A DNA stretch of 64,000 nt, taken from Eledone cirrhosa (lineage: Eukaryota). The position numbers and the translations under genes were made by a program. The stretch spans positions 30,318,001 to 30,382,000 of the forward strand of contig OZ024755.1 of NCBI GenBank assembly GCA_964016885.1, written 5' to 3'. This document shows, piece by piece, positions 50,108 to 62,900 of the stretch (its first letter is position 1; each line of letters starts with the position of its first letter). The notes beneath the pieces are model-generated. The model did not search any database. It was given only the letters and a program-made list of their open reading frames with translations, and was not told the origin of the DNA.

Positions 50108-50427
50108 AATAAATTCTATATAAATTTTTTCTTCATATATATATATATATAAGCTGTGGAAGGGTGTGCAGAAGTATGTGATTAATGTTGAGCTTCCTGT
50201 CACTCTGTTATTTTTATACTTGTGCCCAAGTATTTAGGTTTGGATAAATGATGTTCATTCGAAACCATTCAATGTGTGATTCAACTCTCCTGTTCATTAT
50301 TTCCATATATATATATTAGCTCTGTTTCGCGACCGTTATATTGCTTGACTATCTCCCCCTCCGCCTTTTGGGATTCTTTCTCACGTCGTGTAGACAGACG
50401 CGTTCTTGAAGCTAGTAAAATGAGGTA

Positions 50428-50517
50428 TCCTCTTGATAAGTCGGCAGACCTCGCAAGGACTTTATATCTTTATGATGTATTGTTTTTGTTTATGCCACGA
50501 AACTACGTAGTCGAGGA
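50428..50517 (+). ncRNA. Type I hammerhead, U3:A8 core variant, long stem II
   Basis: TCCTC-TTGATAA-GT(C)GGCA...TGCCAC-GAAA-CTACGTAG-TC-GAGGA. GUC site. Confidence 0.75.
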
Positions 50518-50586
50518 ATCTAGGAGCAGTTTAGGTATGATACATTTTATTACTAATTATATCTAAATGTTTCTTCTCTCTTCATA

Positions 50587-50627
<41 letters not shown>

Positions 50628-50630
<3 letters not shown>

Positions 50631-51122
50631 TTTCTGAATTTGTTTAGCAAGATTCTTTATCTGAAATCGTGTGTTGAAACCGATATTGTTATACTTTGGG
50701 AGGGTCATGTTGCCAATAAGAAACACACGCACCAGTTGCTTTCACTTCAATTTATTATAATAAATTTATAAATTTAGGAATTTATAAATTTCTGGTTGGT
50801 TGGTTGGTTCCACAACCAGATAGTTGTTTTCATTTTGTCCTTAATTGTAAGTTGTGATGTTGCTGTTCCACTCATATTTTCTATTTAATTTTGGTTGTAA
50901 TTCTTTTATGTTTATTGCCTCTGTGATTTGTCTAAACATTGCGTCTTTTCTGTGTGTAGAACTTTGACAATATATAAACAACTATCTGGTTGTGGAACCA
51001 ACCAACCAACCAGAAATTTATAAATTCCTAAATTTATAAATTTATTATAATAAATTGAAGTGAAAGCAACTGGTGCGTGTGTTTCTTATTGGCAACATGA
51101 CCCTCCCAAAGTATAACAATAT
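50628..51122 (-). mobile_element. Penelope-like element 3' end with inverted pseudo-LTR arms
   Basis: Arms 50683-50829 and 50976-51122. The spacer on the minus strand (50841-50972) encodes IVKVLHTEK/DAMFRQITEAINIKELQPKLNRKYEW, the R.I.EA..I....P.LN end of PLE GIY-YIG endonucleases. Confidence 0.8.
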
Positions 51123-51671
51123 ATATATATATATATAAAACGAAGGAAGTGTGGTAAGTAACCAGGTGGAGCATAACGCACCAATGTACTCGATACTGGG
51201 TAGTAGAGTGGGTAATAGGAAAAGTGTCAGGACCCCGACGGCTGAGCTCCGGCCTTTTTGACAGCTAGGTCGTATATATATATATATATATATACACCTC
51301 CACTTTGTTCTTATATATATATAAGAACAAAGAGGAGGTGTCACATAGGAGATTTATCGCTCAATCCTGGTTACAAATGTTTTTGAAGCAGCCGACACGT
51401 GATTCGGGTTGGTACCCAGACCAGACTCAGAGTCTGCCTGTTCCACAGGCCAGTATTAACACAACAAAAATCACATCTTATTAATAGGAAACATTTTCCC
51501 GGCAGTTGTGAAACAACGTAATGCCTCTGTATTAGGTCAGTGACGTTATATTTGACTTGATTTAGATCCAACATGCCAGACATGTCTCAGCCTGATGGCG
51601 TCTAAAATATCGCTGAATATTTAGCTTACACGACAGATGACAGTTCTCATTCTCACTATATATATATATAT

Positions 51672-52350
51672 ATATCACTGATGAAGGACTAAATTTATTC
51701 ATATATAATCCATTTGCAACCACGCAGCACGCTTGTTTTCATATTCACACATATATATTTTCCTCCGTTGCGACCCGTCTGTTTCTTTCTTACTGCTTCC
51801 TCTTTTCTCTGTATCTTTCACTTCCCTTTACCCCCTCTAACAGTTACTCTCTCTGTTAGCTCCTTCCTCGCCTTTTACTCACTCACTCTCTGCTACTCCC
51901 TCTCCTACTTCCTCCCGTTTGACCTGTGCGAAATTCTTTCCTCGCGCACGCTTTGACCAGGTCGGTTGTTCTTTATTCTCTCTCGTCTACGATTTCACAG
52001 AACTTATGTTCACCGATTTCAGGGACTTGACTCCTTCTTCCTCCCGTTTGACCTGTGCGAAATTCTTTCCTTGCTCACATTTCGACCAGGTTTGATGGTC
52101 TTTATTCTCTCTCGTCCACGATTTCACAGAACTTATATTCATCGATTTCAGGGACGTCACTCCTTCTTCCTCACATTTCGTTGCATTACCATCTTTCATT
52201 GTTTACAGTCTCGCCCGTTCCCCTTATTTACGTTGCCCAACGACTTTCTTTAGCCGTTGCTCGCACCAACCGGAGGTATATGGTCTTTAAAGCGATGAAA
52301 TACCAATGAAGGTTGGAAGATCACTGATGAAGGAGTAAATTTATTCATAT
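51672..52350 (+). mobile_element. TA-flanked cassette with terminal direct repeats carrying a 5' half-hammerhead; probable PLE 3' region
   Basis: ATCACTGATGAAGGA.TAAATTTATTCATATAT at both ends. Pyrimidine-rich interior with a ~128-bp internal duplication. Confidence 0.5.
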
Positions 52351-52485
52351 ATATATATATATATATAGTAATAATTATAAATGTGAAGACTAAAACCTGA
52401 AGAGGGCTCGATAAGGATAAATATATATCAACTATATAAAAATATATAAAAATCGATCCTCCTTTGCTTAAACTTTAATCTATTA

Positions 52486-52538
<53 letters not shown>

Positions 52539-52558
52539 AGAGAGAGAGAGAGAGAGAA

Positions 52559-52734
52559 AAGAGCTTCTACAGGGCTAGAACTGTTTCATTCGTGAGAAAT
52601 TATCAGAGAGCTCGCTGATAATTTCTCACGAATGAAACAGTTCTAGTCCTGTAGAAGCTCTTCTATATTAAAACCTTTATGTTCTGCTATGTATTGAGTA
52701 CCTCACTGTGGTTACCTCCGATTCAACCCGGAAT

Positions 52735-52738
<4 letters not shown>
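52559..52738. mobile_element. Fold-back repeat (family shared with 58410-58600) with a degenerate HHR-like motif
   Basis: ~50-bp arms around GAGCTC (52608-13). CTGATAA/CTGACGA...TGAAACAGTTCTAGTC motif at both loci. Confidence 0.6.
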
Positions 52739-52796
<58 letters not shown>

Positions 52797-53942
52797 ATCT
52801 ACTGTTGTATAAAATCTATTTTTTTAGGAGGTAGTTGTGATTTATTTCAGTTATATTTCGTTATAAATATCAATTTATTATCGGACATTTGACTGAACTG
52901 TATTTATTAAAAAATACACACACTGATGAATAGAAAACAGAATCATTCTCTTTTGGTTGAGGTTGAATAGATATGTATAAATAAGTTTCTATTCTCCCTG
53001 TTCGCGTTTCCTTAAATATAAATTAATGCACTATTAAAGAAAGAGAAAACCCTTATAATTATCATCACTAAATAAAATCGTTAGGATAGATCTCATAATA
53101 AAAAGAGTGAGGTGGGAGTTCATTACAGTTGCCCTGTGTCTAATAAACAGATTCGGTACCAAATATTAAATATATCACTATTTTAAGACAGGATTAACAT
53201 ATTCTGGGATAATATCATATTACAAAACATTTAGACTGTACACTAATCAATATGTGTGTTTACTGTAACGTTATAAATATCTCGACTGGAATACGTTATG
53301 ATGTTGGCACATTTCAAACATTATTGCAAAGAGAAATTAGCTGTCAACGTCCATTTTATTGGCAAAACTATAACATACCCTGTCAAATTATTTGGCAATA
53401 TTAATTTCCTTGATAAAGCTATAATTGATTAGTCCTTCTATATATCATCTTACAGCATTTTTCTCGTGTGTTTCTTCATTGCATAATGAACACCATTTTA
53501 TCAATCAATTCTGCCTCAGTGACACATTAATTGAAAGTATATATCTGTACTAGCAATCGATGTAATAGTATATATTCAAAGCAATTTATTTCAATCGAAA
53601 TGTATGCTTATTTTCTAGATTTATTCGATGTTCTGAAATGAATAGTAGATTATTATAGTTTTTCAAATACAAATTAGAAAAACACAAATTCAAGCAAATA
53701 CACAGCTAATTCAAATACACCCTTCTGATGAACCACGCTGTGTTAGTACCAGTCAATGTTTCATATACCTTTTTACCTACTTTGTATCAGTAGCCAGTGG
53801 GTAAAATTTGAAGACGCATAATAATCCAAAAGTGGCATATTCTATTCTATTCTAGGGCGGGTAAAATTCCCGAGATTTCTTTTCAATGGCTGACAATACC
53901 TTACCGGCGCCACTCGAATAAGGTAGTTATTTAACCCACAAA

Positions 53943-54088
53943 TGGGGCCCTAACAGGTACTACTACTCCGGGCCAGAGCAGACCTGGGAGTTATGACAAC
54001 TAAGGGGTAACTCCACATTCCCTACAGCTCCTGAACTCCCGAACTGGAGCCTTGCCACTGGATGTAGTTTAATGTCATACCCAGGACA
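53943..54088. mobile_element. Probable SINE fragment of another family
   Basis: GC-rich island GGTACTACTACTCCGGG..GACCTGGGAG..ACTGGAGCC..GTCATACCCAGGAC resembling cephalopod SINE sequence from memory. Not verified. Confidence 0.4.
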
Positions 54089-54402
54089 AAAGTGACATAT
54101 ACGTTTCATATATATCCTATAATGAACCACGGTATGTTAATACCATATATCAGATAGGGTGTGGTAAAACCCAGCTAGACCATAACCCACCAGAGTACTC
54201 GATTCCTGGGGTAGTAGAATGGGTAATATGACAAGAACTCCGACGACTGAACTGTCGAAACGGCCGGAGCTCAGCCATCGGGGTCCTGAATCTTTTCATA
54301 TATATATATATAAATAGATAGATATAATTGGTGTTGGATGCTTCAAGCGTCCGTATGCGGTAGGTCGTTTGAGCACTCGATGCTCTCATAGAGCAAATTA
54401 TG

Positions 54403-54633
54403 ATATCACGGATAAAAAGAGAATCAGTGTTCCGACGGTTGGAATTTATTGGACATATTACAATCGTTTCTCTGGCGACCAGCTCGAGGCACGATCGATG
54501 TGATGATTGACCCTGACTCTGAAAATCGCAAGGTCCTCAGATACGTCTTGATTCTACGTCGCCAGAGATACGATTGTAATATGTCCAATAAATTCCATTC
54601 GTCGCAACACTGATTCTCTTTTTTCTGTGATAT
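54403..54633. repeat. ~77-bp-arm inverted repeat (PLE-end-like)
   Basis: Arms 54403-54479 and 54558-54633, abutting (TA)n. Only the GAAA-CGATTG-TA half of an HHR is visible. Confidence 0.75.
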
Positions 54634-55523
54634 ATATATATATAAAGGTTTAAGAATAATACTCTGGTGTTCACATTTACATTTCTGTTTGAAATAACTT
54701 ATTGATTCTGTTCTGGAAGAAAATAAATAAAAGGTAAGCAAATAGCGAAAGCAAATAGGAAGAAACTTTAAAACAACGAAAATAAATTATTTTCAAAAGA
54801 CTACATCATGAGATAAAATTATAAGAGCATTTCATTATTTGTATCATGAGATAAAATTATATGGACATTTCCTCATTTGTATCTTCATCATTATTTTTAC
54901 CTCCAATTATACTAATCATAATGCAATAACAATAATACTAAAATGAAATGATAACCAAACTATATATATTTTAATGTCAATAGTTATGGGGTTAAGATGG
55001 CGGCTGATAACATTTTCGACATTAAACCCAAATAAAAGTGGATATTTCTATATATGTAAGCAAATACTTAATATCGTGTTATGTAATCTGCGTAGAGAGG
55101 TCATCCTTTGGATAATACGGTTTTTCTCTCTGTTTGTGTGGCAATAAATATTTCAAATTATGACAGTAAAATCGAACAAAAAAAAAACACTGTGTACATA
55201 CAAATACGGATGGATATATGCATGTGTGCGAATATAACTGTTTATTTATGTGTGTGTTTGTAGCCGTGTATATTTATGCGTCTTGTTTATATTATTATAT
55301 AAGATTGCGAATATAAAGGCATAGTGCTTTATTCTGATTTATATAACTGTTTGAAATACGAAAATAAATACAGCCAAGCTTGCTGCCATGTTGTTGCACC
55401 ACACTCAAGGAATTTGATCGATAATATATATACCAGCATATATTCTGCAAACGTGCTACTTATTTTGTCGAACTCTACGTTGCAGACTATAAAGAAAACA
55501 TAGATATTTATACAAGAACGCAC

Positions 55524-55625
<102 letters not shown>

Positions 55626-56386
55626 ATATATATATATATATATAAGCAAAAATAAATGGAGGAGAAGGCAATGCATTTAAAAACAAAATTTACTCCTTAC
55701 AGTGCTTCATCTAAGGCATAATAGCATATATATATATGTGCTTATTCACATATAAATATACCTGGAGTTGCGACCGATAGAAAGTATTAGCAATTGGAAA
55801 GACCAACGGAAACATTGTTTCCTCGGTCCGATTTGACGAAAATCGATCGACTGTATATATACGCATATATATATGATTATAAAGATTATGTACTTAGAAT
55901 CTTCAGAGAAGAAACATGTTGCTGGAGGGCAGTCTAAGCTATACAAGAATAACTATTCCTTCAGAGGAATACTTACAGGCAAGTATACGTCAGATTTCAT
56001 ACCTTAATCCGTAATAAGTTTATATTAGAACTAACTTATAAATCTAAAATGGCGATTACAAGGGGGCATAATTATCTAAGGGAAGTAACTATGGTGTATT
56101 TAAAAAAAATTCAACTATAACTTGCCAAAGTGACATTGATAAAGTAGATGTTAGGTGGTATGTTGTATTCACGGCAATGATGTTCTCCGTGAGAATGGGT
56201 GAAACGTGAGGGGTGGGGATACGGATGCTAGAAGTAAGCTACCCTGGGAGATGGAGCAATGGGTGACATTATAGGTACTAATATATAAATCGAAACAGGG
56301 TGTTACGTAACCTATAATGGGTGGCTGAAGAGGTAGCTGATATTGTCCGCGTTCACTTCGTGTTTTTCTCATTCAACTGCTGATTT

Positions 56387-56453
<67 letters not shown>

Positions 56454-58139
56454 AAAGGAGATGCAAGAGTTTGTGCGCTGTATTTTCAAGGTGTTCTGTA
56501 CTAAGATCGAAGAATAAACTTTCTTTGGTATCTAGACATTCCGAGTATATTGAATTTGGAATCAAAGTAGGCTTCTGTCGGCCTTAAATATTTCAATATT
56601 TTTCTTGGCGATACATAATTTTCATTCCTTGCTTCCACTTCTGTATGGTGAGTATGTGTAACGTATTTTCCATCTGACGCTCTGTCAAATTCTAAATGCA
56701 GCTAGACAGCGTTACACTTTCACACATCCTCCTCCAAATATTTCATACTCCATTCAGTATCCCGGTCTCGTCTATATCCAACTTTCCTATCAATATTTCT
56801 TGCTTTCTTTCTGTATGCATTGGTAAAGAAAGAGAGAGAAATATGAGGGAAGCAGGATATAAAAACAACAACAACTACTACTACTACTACTACTACTACT
56901 GTTTATAACAACAAAAATAATATCACTTTTTTTATTTCGTGATAACTTCGCGAAGGTTTGGAAGAAGAAGAAGAAGAAGAAGAAGAAGAAGAAGAAGAAG
57001 AAGAAGACGATGATGATGATCGTGTTCATGATGATGATGATGATGCTGATGATGAAGGAGGCGGGTTAATAAAAGCTAGAAGTATAGAGTTGGACGAAAA
57101 ATTGCTTAAATGTCTAGAATCCTCGTTCACATCCTTTCAAACTGTCATCATAGAATAAAACGCACATGCTTGAAAGTAGCCAAACTTCAAGGTGTCAGAA
57201 ACTGCGATCTGTTGTTAAATGCATGCGGTTTATCATACAGCTCACGATCAAAGCTAATTTTTCCCGTATTCTTTTAGAATCGCAATCGGACTGTTTATAA
57301 TGGAAGTTATTCACTTGGGGAATGAATTCTGTTAAAAGGAATCTACTGTATAACTATCAATTTTAATGCTGCTTGTGGACCAACTTGTTTAAGTGAACGG
57401 TAAATATCTTTGACGTCAAAGCCCATTACCAAATGGTTCGATAGATCTATCTATATGCCTATTTGTAATCAGTTCTATAGAAGTTCTCAGTAACTGGTGT
57501 CTCTGTTATGACATGCAAATGCTTTGAATAGTAGGACGCCATGTTGGCAATTGTAAAGTCTATACAACATATATTATATGAAAAACTGTCCGTTATTTTG
57601 TAGTCTCAGATACAACACTTCAAAGATGTTTAAGAGACTAAAATCTATTAATTTCACAATTCAAAACTGTTGTGTACACTAGACGACTAACAGGGGAAAG
57701 AAAAACTAAAAATACATAGATGAATTGAAAAAAACCCCGGATTTTATTAGAATTTTTAGCAGTTGAATCTAATTTTCTCTAGTTATCAGCAATATATCCT
57801 GGTACTATACAAAATACTTTCACAGATTTTCTTAACAAGTGTTCGTTACAGAAGAAAATTTGCATGTTCCCAAGGAATGAATTAATTAGATCTAAAACAA
57901 AATGATTGGGTAAATATTTATTTAATGTGTTGGGAAAACAAAGTGAGATACATCGATATTCTGAAATCGTTTCTATTATGGTATTTGAAATAAAAGAAAT
58001 ATCGTTTTTCCTGCTATCTTATTTAGTCAATGAGTGAAATAAATGGTCATTCAAACAATTCTATTGAATATAAGTTACACAGTAACACTCACACATACAC
58101 ACACACACACGCGCGCGCGCGTGTGTGTGTGTATGAGTG

Positions 58140-58350
58140 AAGGGGCGTGGCTGAGTGGTATGAGAATTGAATTCGCAATAGTGAGGTTAAGAGTTCGATT
58201 CCTGGACCGGGCGATGTCTTTGAGCAAGACACTTCATTTCACGTTGCTCCTTCTACCTGGAGTTTCGATCGATAGAGTATTAGCAATTGGAAAAACCAAC
58301 GGAAACACTGTTTCCTCAGTCCGATTTGACTAAAGTTGATCGACTGTCGA
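58140..58350 (+). mobile_element. tRNA-derived SINE (CORE/V-like)
   Basis: A-box-like GGCGTGGCTGAGTGG, B-box GAGTTCGATTCC and TTGAGCAAGACACTT. The tail is shared with 55763-55853. Confidence 0.75.
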
Positions 58351-58370
58351 TATATATGAGTGAAGAAGAA

Positions 58371-58411
<41 letters not shown>

Positions 58412-58599
58412 TCCAGGGTTCAATCGGGGGTAAGTAACAACAGTAAGGTACTCAATATATCAGTAGAGTGTAAACGATAAATCTAATATAGGATCGGCTT
58501 CTACGAGACTAGAACTGTTTCATACGAAGAAAATCGTCAGGAAAGCTTTTCTAATGAAACAGTTCTAGTCTCGTAGAAGCCACTCCTATATTAAATTTG

Positions 58600-58659
<60 letters not shown>

Positions 58660-58700
58660 AAATAAATGAGTCAAATGTTTAAAATTTGGCTTCGTTTATT

Positions 58701-58755
58701 ACTGCTACATATATTTCGGTGACAGCCATCTTTGGCTGTGACCTCTTCAGGCAGT
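58701..58755 (-). ncRNA. Type I hammerhead ribozyme
   Basis: Minus strand: ACTGC-CTGAAGA-GGTCACAGCCA AAGA TGGCTGTCACC-GAAA-TATATG-TA-GCAGT-AATAAA. Confidence 0.88.
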
Positions 58756-59125
58756 CCGAATTAGTGTGGTAGAGACGAGTACACATGTTGTTGAGGTGTT
58801 TAACTTTGTCAATACTCTGATATGCCCAGTTCCTGGTTGGGTTGTTGTTTCACTGAGGAACTGGAATCATATGAATTTAAACAAACGAATTTCAGCGTCA
58901 GAGGACAACTTTTCCTCTCATTGGTCAGTTGTGAGAACATTCCTCAGTCAAAAGTCTATAGAAATTAGTTCTGAGGCGAGGCAATCTGTAGTGTTCTTGT
59001 TATTGTTAAGTACATCTTACCTCCTCAGTGAAACAATAACCCAACCAGAAACTGGGCATATCAGAGTATTGACAAAGTTAAACACCTCAACAACATGTGT
59101 ACTCGTCTCTACCACACTAATTCGC

Positions 59126-59180
59126 ACTGCCTGAAGAGGTCACGGCCAAAGATGGCTGTCACCGAAATATATATAGCAGT
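59126..59180 (+). ncRNA. Type I hammerhead ribozyme
   Basis: ACTGC-CTGAAGA-GGTCACGGCCA AAGA TGGCTGTCACC-GAAA-TATATA-TA-GCAGT-AATAAA. Cut predicted after 59175. Confidence 0.88.
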
Positions 59181-59454
59181 AATAAACGACGCCAAATTTT
59201 AAACATTTGACTTATTTATTTTATTTTATACTACTCCGGAGTAACCAAACCAACCTGCGCACTTCGTCGAGTGCTCCAATCTGCATACTGAGGTGTGGTA
59301 TACAACCAACATATATTAAAAAAAAAAAAATAAAATAAAATATATATATATAGATTCACCGAACATTTATTGTGTGTTTGTAAACAAACATCCCGTATTA
59401 AGCCATAGTATCTAGCAACCATCGTTGCTCGTTTGTTCAACACTGACAAAGGAA

Positions 59455-59495
59455 CGCTGTACTAGTTTCAAGCTTATTAGCTATCGTCAGCAACG
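59455..59495 (-). ncRNA. Minimal type I hammerhead ribozyme
   Basis: Minus strand: CGTTG-CTGACGA-T AGCT AATA AGCT T-GAAA-CTAG-TA-CAGCG. Stem I extends via AAGG/CCTT. GUA site. Confidence 0.85.
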
Positions 59496-59890
59496 TATAC
59501 CTTCCTGCCAGATTGTTGAACGTATATACTTACCTTATGCATATGGTTGAACGTCTGAAAGTATTTACTTTCCTTATGCATATTAAAGGCTGAGCAGCCT
59601 AATTTTGCATATCGAGTGAGTTAATCGGCCGGGTACCGAAAACGATAAACGGAAAAAATGAAACCAAATTTCATTTCTCACTCAAGTATGTACACGTACA
59701 TACATATATGTATACAGACGTACAGTAGTATGTATATATATACATACATGCACACATATATATATATGTACGTATGGATTCACCGAACATTTATTATAAT
59801 GCTCGGTGTGTTTGTAAACAAACATCTTGAATTAAGCCGTACAGTGTCTAGCAACCATCGTTGCTCATTTGTTAAACACTGACAAAGGAA

Positions 59891-59931
59891 CGCTGTACTA
59901 GTTTCAAGCTTATTAGCTATCGTCAGCAACG
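59891..59931 (-). ncRNA. Minimal type I hammerhead ribozyme (identical to 59455-59495)
   Basis: Same sequence, 436 bp away. Confidence 0.85.
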
Positions 59932-62900
59932 TATACCTTCCTGCCAGATGGTTGAACGTCTGAAAGTATTTACTTTGCTTGTGCATATTAACGGCTGAGC
60001 AGCCGAATTTGCATATTTGACCCAAGACTGCAGCTCCGTCAAGGAGACGAGCTGGGGAAACACGCGTCTAGCAAAGGACGACCACACCTGATCACCGTCG
60101 AGGAAGAGGTGGAGATGCCGTAGCCTGAGCGGTTCTTTAACAACACAACAATGTAAAAATTACTATATAAAAGTTTCGATAAGTTCATAAAATTTAATAG
60201 ACTTAGTTACACACGTCTCGAGAGATTCAGCACAATAACAACAACAACAACAACAACAATAATAATCAATTCGTTTGCAAGCAAAAGCTTCATAAAGTGT
60301 TCTCGACGATTAACGTAATCCCTTTGTTACAGTGGTAGCAAGGAGAAAAACAATCTACAGTTGTTTCGGGGTTATTGCAAAAAGCCTTTACGTTTCGTAT
60401 GGTCACACTCACACGTCATCTGCTAAAGATATTAACCAAGTATTCAAAAGATTACAAAAAAAATCTACATTAAGCGTGTTGGTAATTAACTCCTTAACAA
60501 GTAGTCACTTTCCAATTATCTCCTATGTGTCCCGAGAATGGATGAAGTAGCATCCAAAGACGCGGAAGTCATGTCTTCAACATACTAGACGTGATTATGA
60601 AAGAATATTTATCCAGTAAGACCCAGGATGGTGCTAACACAGGCATCCTTTGCACACAGTAGCATCACATTACGCCGATTTATCTTCGAACACATTTCTT
60701 CGAAATCAGCTACTTCGAAAGTATTTTACTCAGAAAATCAAAACATCGAAAAGTTGGTTTCATACACCTTCTTCGAATACAAGATTGAGCAATAATAACC
60801 CTAACCCTTGCTTGTTTTCTGAAATAAGTCCGAAATTGATGATTCGAAGTAACTGGTCTGTTGAAGATATTCTACAACAAAGTTTTTGCTTGTCAAAGAT
60901 ATTTTACTTCCAAGATTTTTTTTTCGAAGAAATGTCTTCGAAGAATAATCCGTAAGCACATCACGCCACATTTCTAAAGTTATGCTCTTGTAATTCATGA
61001 GGATCTATAAGCAGGGCAGTAAATATATGCAAGGATTTACTAAGGTTCAACATGTTACCCTCATCGGTTTTATCATTCAAAAATAAATTAAGACGGATTG
61101 ACAAAATTGTTAGAGTATCGGACAAAACATCGTGGCGTATTTACTCCATTTTGTTTATGTTCCGAGTACAAATTCCGAGGATATATTCGACGGCTAATGG
61201 ATTAGAACAAAGACTCGTACAACAAAGACTCAAATACCCGCCAAAATATGGCGGCTTCAACAACAGAGGAATTAAGTATAGCGGTAGGAGTACAATGCTG
61301 TCACATAAATACTGTGCAATACACCATATAACTGTTATTAATATAAAACACCTTAGAATACAACGCACACAAAGACAAATAATTGCAAATAAAAAGCAAA
61401 TGATAACAGATAAAGCTAGATTAAGAAAATAAAAATAAGACATCAAAATATAAAACAAGCCCACTAGCTTCATAATGGAATATTTCCATTGAAGTAGGGA
61501 TATTATTTAAACTAGTTGAACACAAAATCAATGATAACATTGATTATACCCACACACAGACAGACCTATACACATACATAAACCTATACCAGGAAATATT
61601 GAATCAATGAAATTATATTCAAAGTTTATTTTATTCAGATTTGCAACTATCAGGAATTTGAAGAAAATGATCCAGGCTGGAATATTGCCAGATTGTGTGA
61701 TAAATCTTGATAAATATAACCTATACGCTCTCCTTATCTAATTTAAGCCATATTTATGGTGCTTGGATGCGAAAATACCCATCTAACTGGAATATATCTT
61801 AATAAAAGAGAAAGGTACCTCCGCAAGTAGAACCATTGCTGTCAGAAGAACATATCAATAAAATGTCATGCAGCACTTAATAAAATTCTCTATACACCCG
61901 TGTGCGCGCTTTATATATATAAGAAAAATTAGGACCCCGACGGCAGAGCTCAAGCTGATCCGAGGGCTATTTCTGTCGAAACGGCTTCAGCTCTGCCGTT
62001 GGGGTCATACTTTTTCCTATTTCCCACTCTACTACCTTAAGTATTGAGTACTCTGGTGCGTTATGGTCCATCTGGTTCCTTACCATAATTCGAACTGTAG
62101 AATTGTGAAATACTTCTGGTAATACGAACATGAAATGATTATCTTCATTTGCTACGCTGCGTGTAAATGTATGTTTGTGTTTGTGTGTAAATGTATGTAT
62201 GTGAGAGTTATTGTGAATGTGTGTGGATTTCTGGGAATGTATGTCTGTGAGTGTGTATTTTTGTAAGTGTGTCTGTGTTTGCGTGTTTATATTTATATAC
62301 TCATACATATAAATGTATAGATATGCACATACACACACGCACAGACATAAACACATACGTGTCAGCGTGTTGAAAAAAATCCTAGTACACCTACAAAACG
62401 TACGCAGTAACTTATATTTAACATATTCATGTGTCATAAATACACACAAACTGTGAGTCGAAAAGGTTACAAATGAAATATGCCTTCGAATAGTTATGAT
62501 ATGAAATATTCGTGATAATCACGATATCTAAGTAAATGAATAGATAAATGAGGAAGATCATATTGATCTTTAGAAAATGTCTGTATTTGAGAAAATCTGG
62601 AATTCATGCACAGAAACGTACCCGGAAGGGACAAAGAACCGCGTAGAAAAGATGATGCCTAAAATACCCAACTGTATACACAAACCAAGTCAGGTATCAT
62701 AGACATCTTGTGTGTTTTTGCATGCGATTCTTTATTTTTAAAAATGTGTTTATTTAGAATTATACATTTTGTTATTCAGATTGCGAACAAATCATTCAAA
62801 ATATCGATACAGAAATCGTTAGAAACATGGTTATACAGCAAAAATTTACTTCCCTCAGCTGTTGCAGTGTAAAAAATAGAAATACATAAACTTTAGATAA

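Larger units (their letters stand above)
58655..59230. mobile_element. ~205-bp-arm inverted repeat (PLE pseudo-LTR-like) with an intact HHR in each arm
   Basis: Arms 58655-58859 and 59022-59230, flanked by (TA)n on the left. Confidence 0.85.
59352..60016 (-). mobile_element. Tandem dimer (~436-bp period) of a hammerhead unit homologous to the 467-bp array; retrozyme-like
   Basis: Duplicated segments 59352-59612 and 59777-60016. HHRs at 59455-59495 and 59891-59931. Collinear motif similarity to the 467-bp unit. Confidence 0.8.

Noticed and set aside
51365-51430. Minus-strand CTGGT/ACCAG-closed HHR-like relic
   Set aside because: Both core boxes are mutated, so it cannot be called a ribozyme.
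54360-54395. Minus-strand CTATGA-GAGCAT/GTGCTC-AAA motif
   Set aside because: Single-base losses in both core boxes and no stem I.
60650-60955. TTCGAA-rich segment and 101-aa ORF
   Set aside because: Looks like a decayed internally repetitive element. No TIRs or domains could be established.
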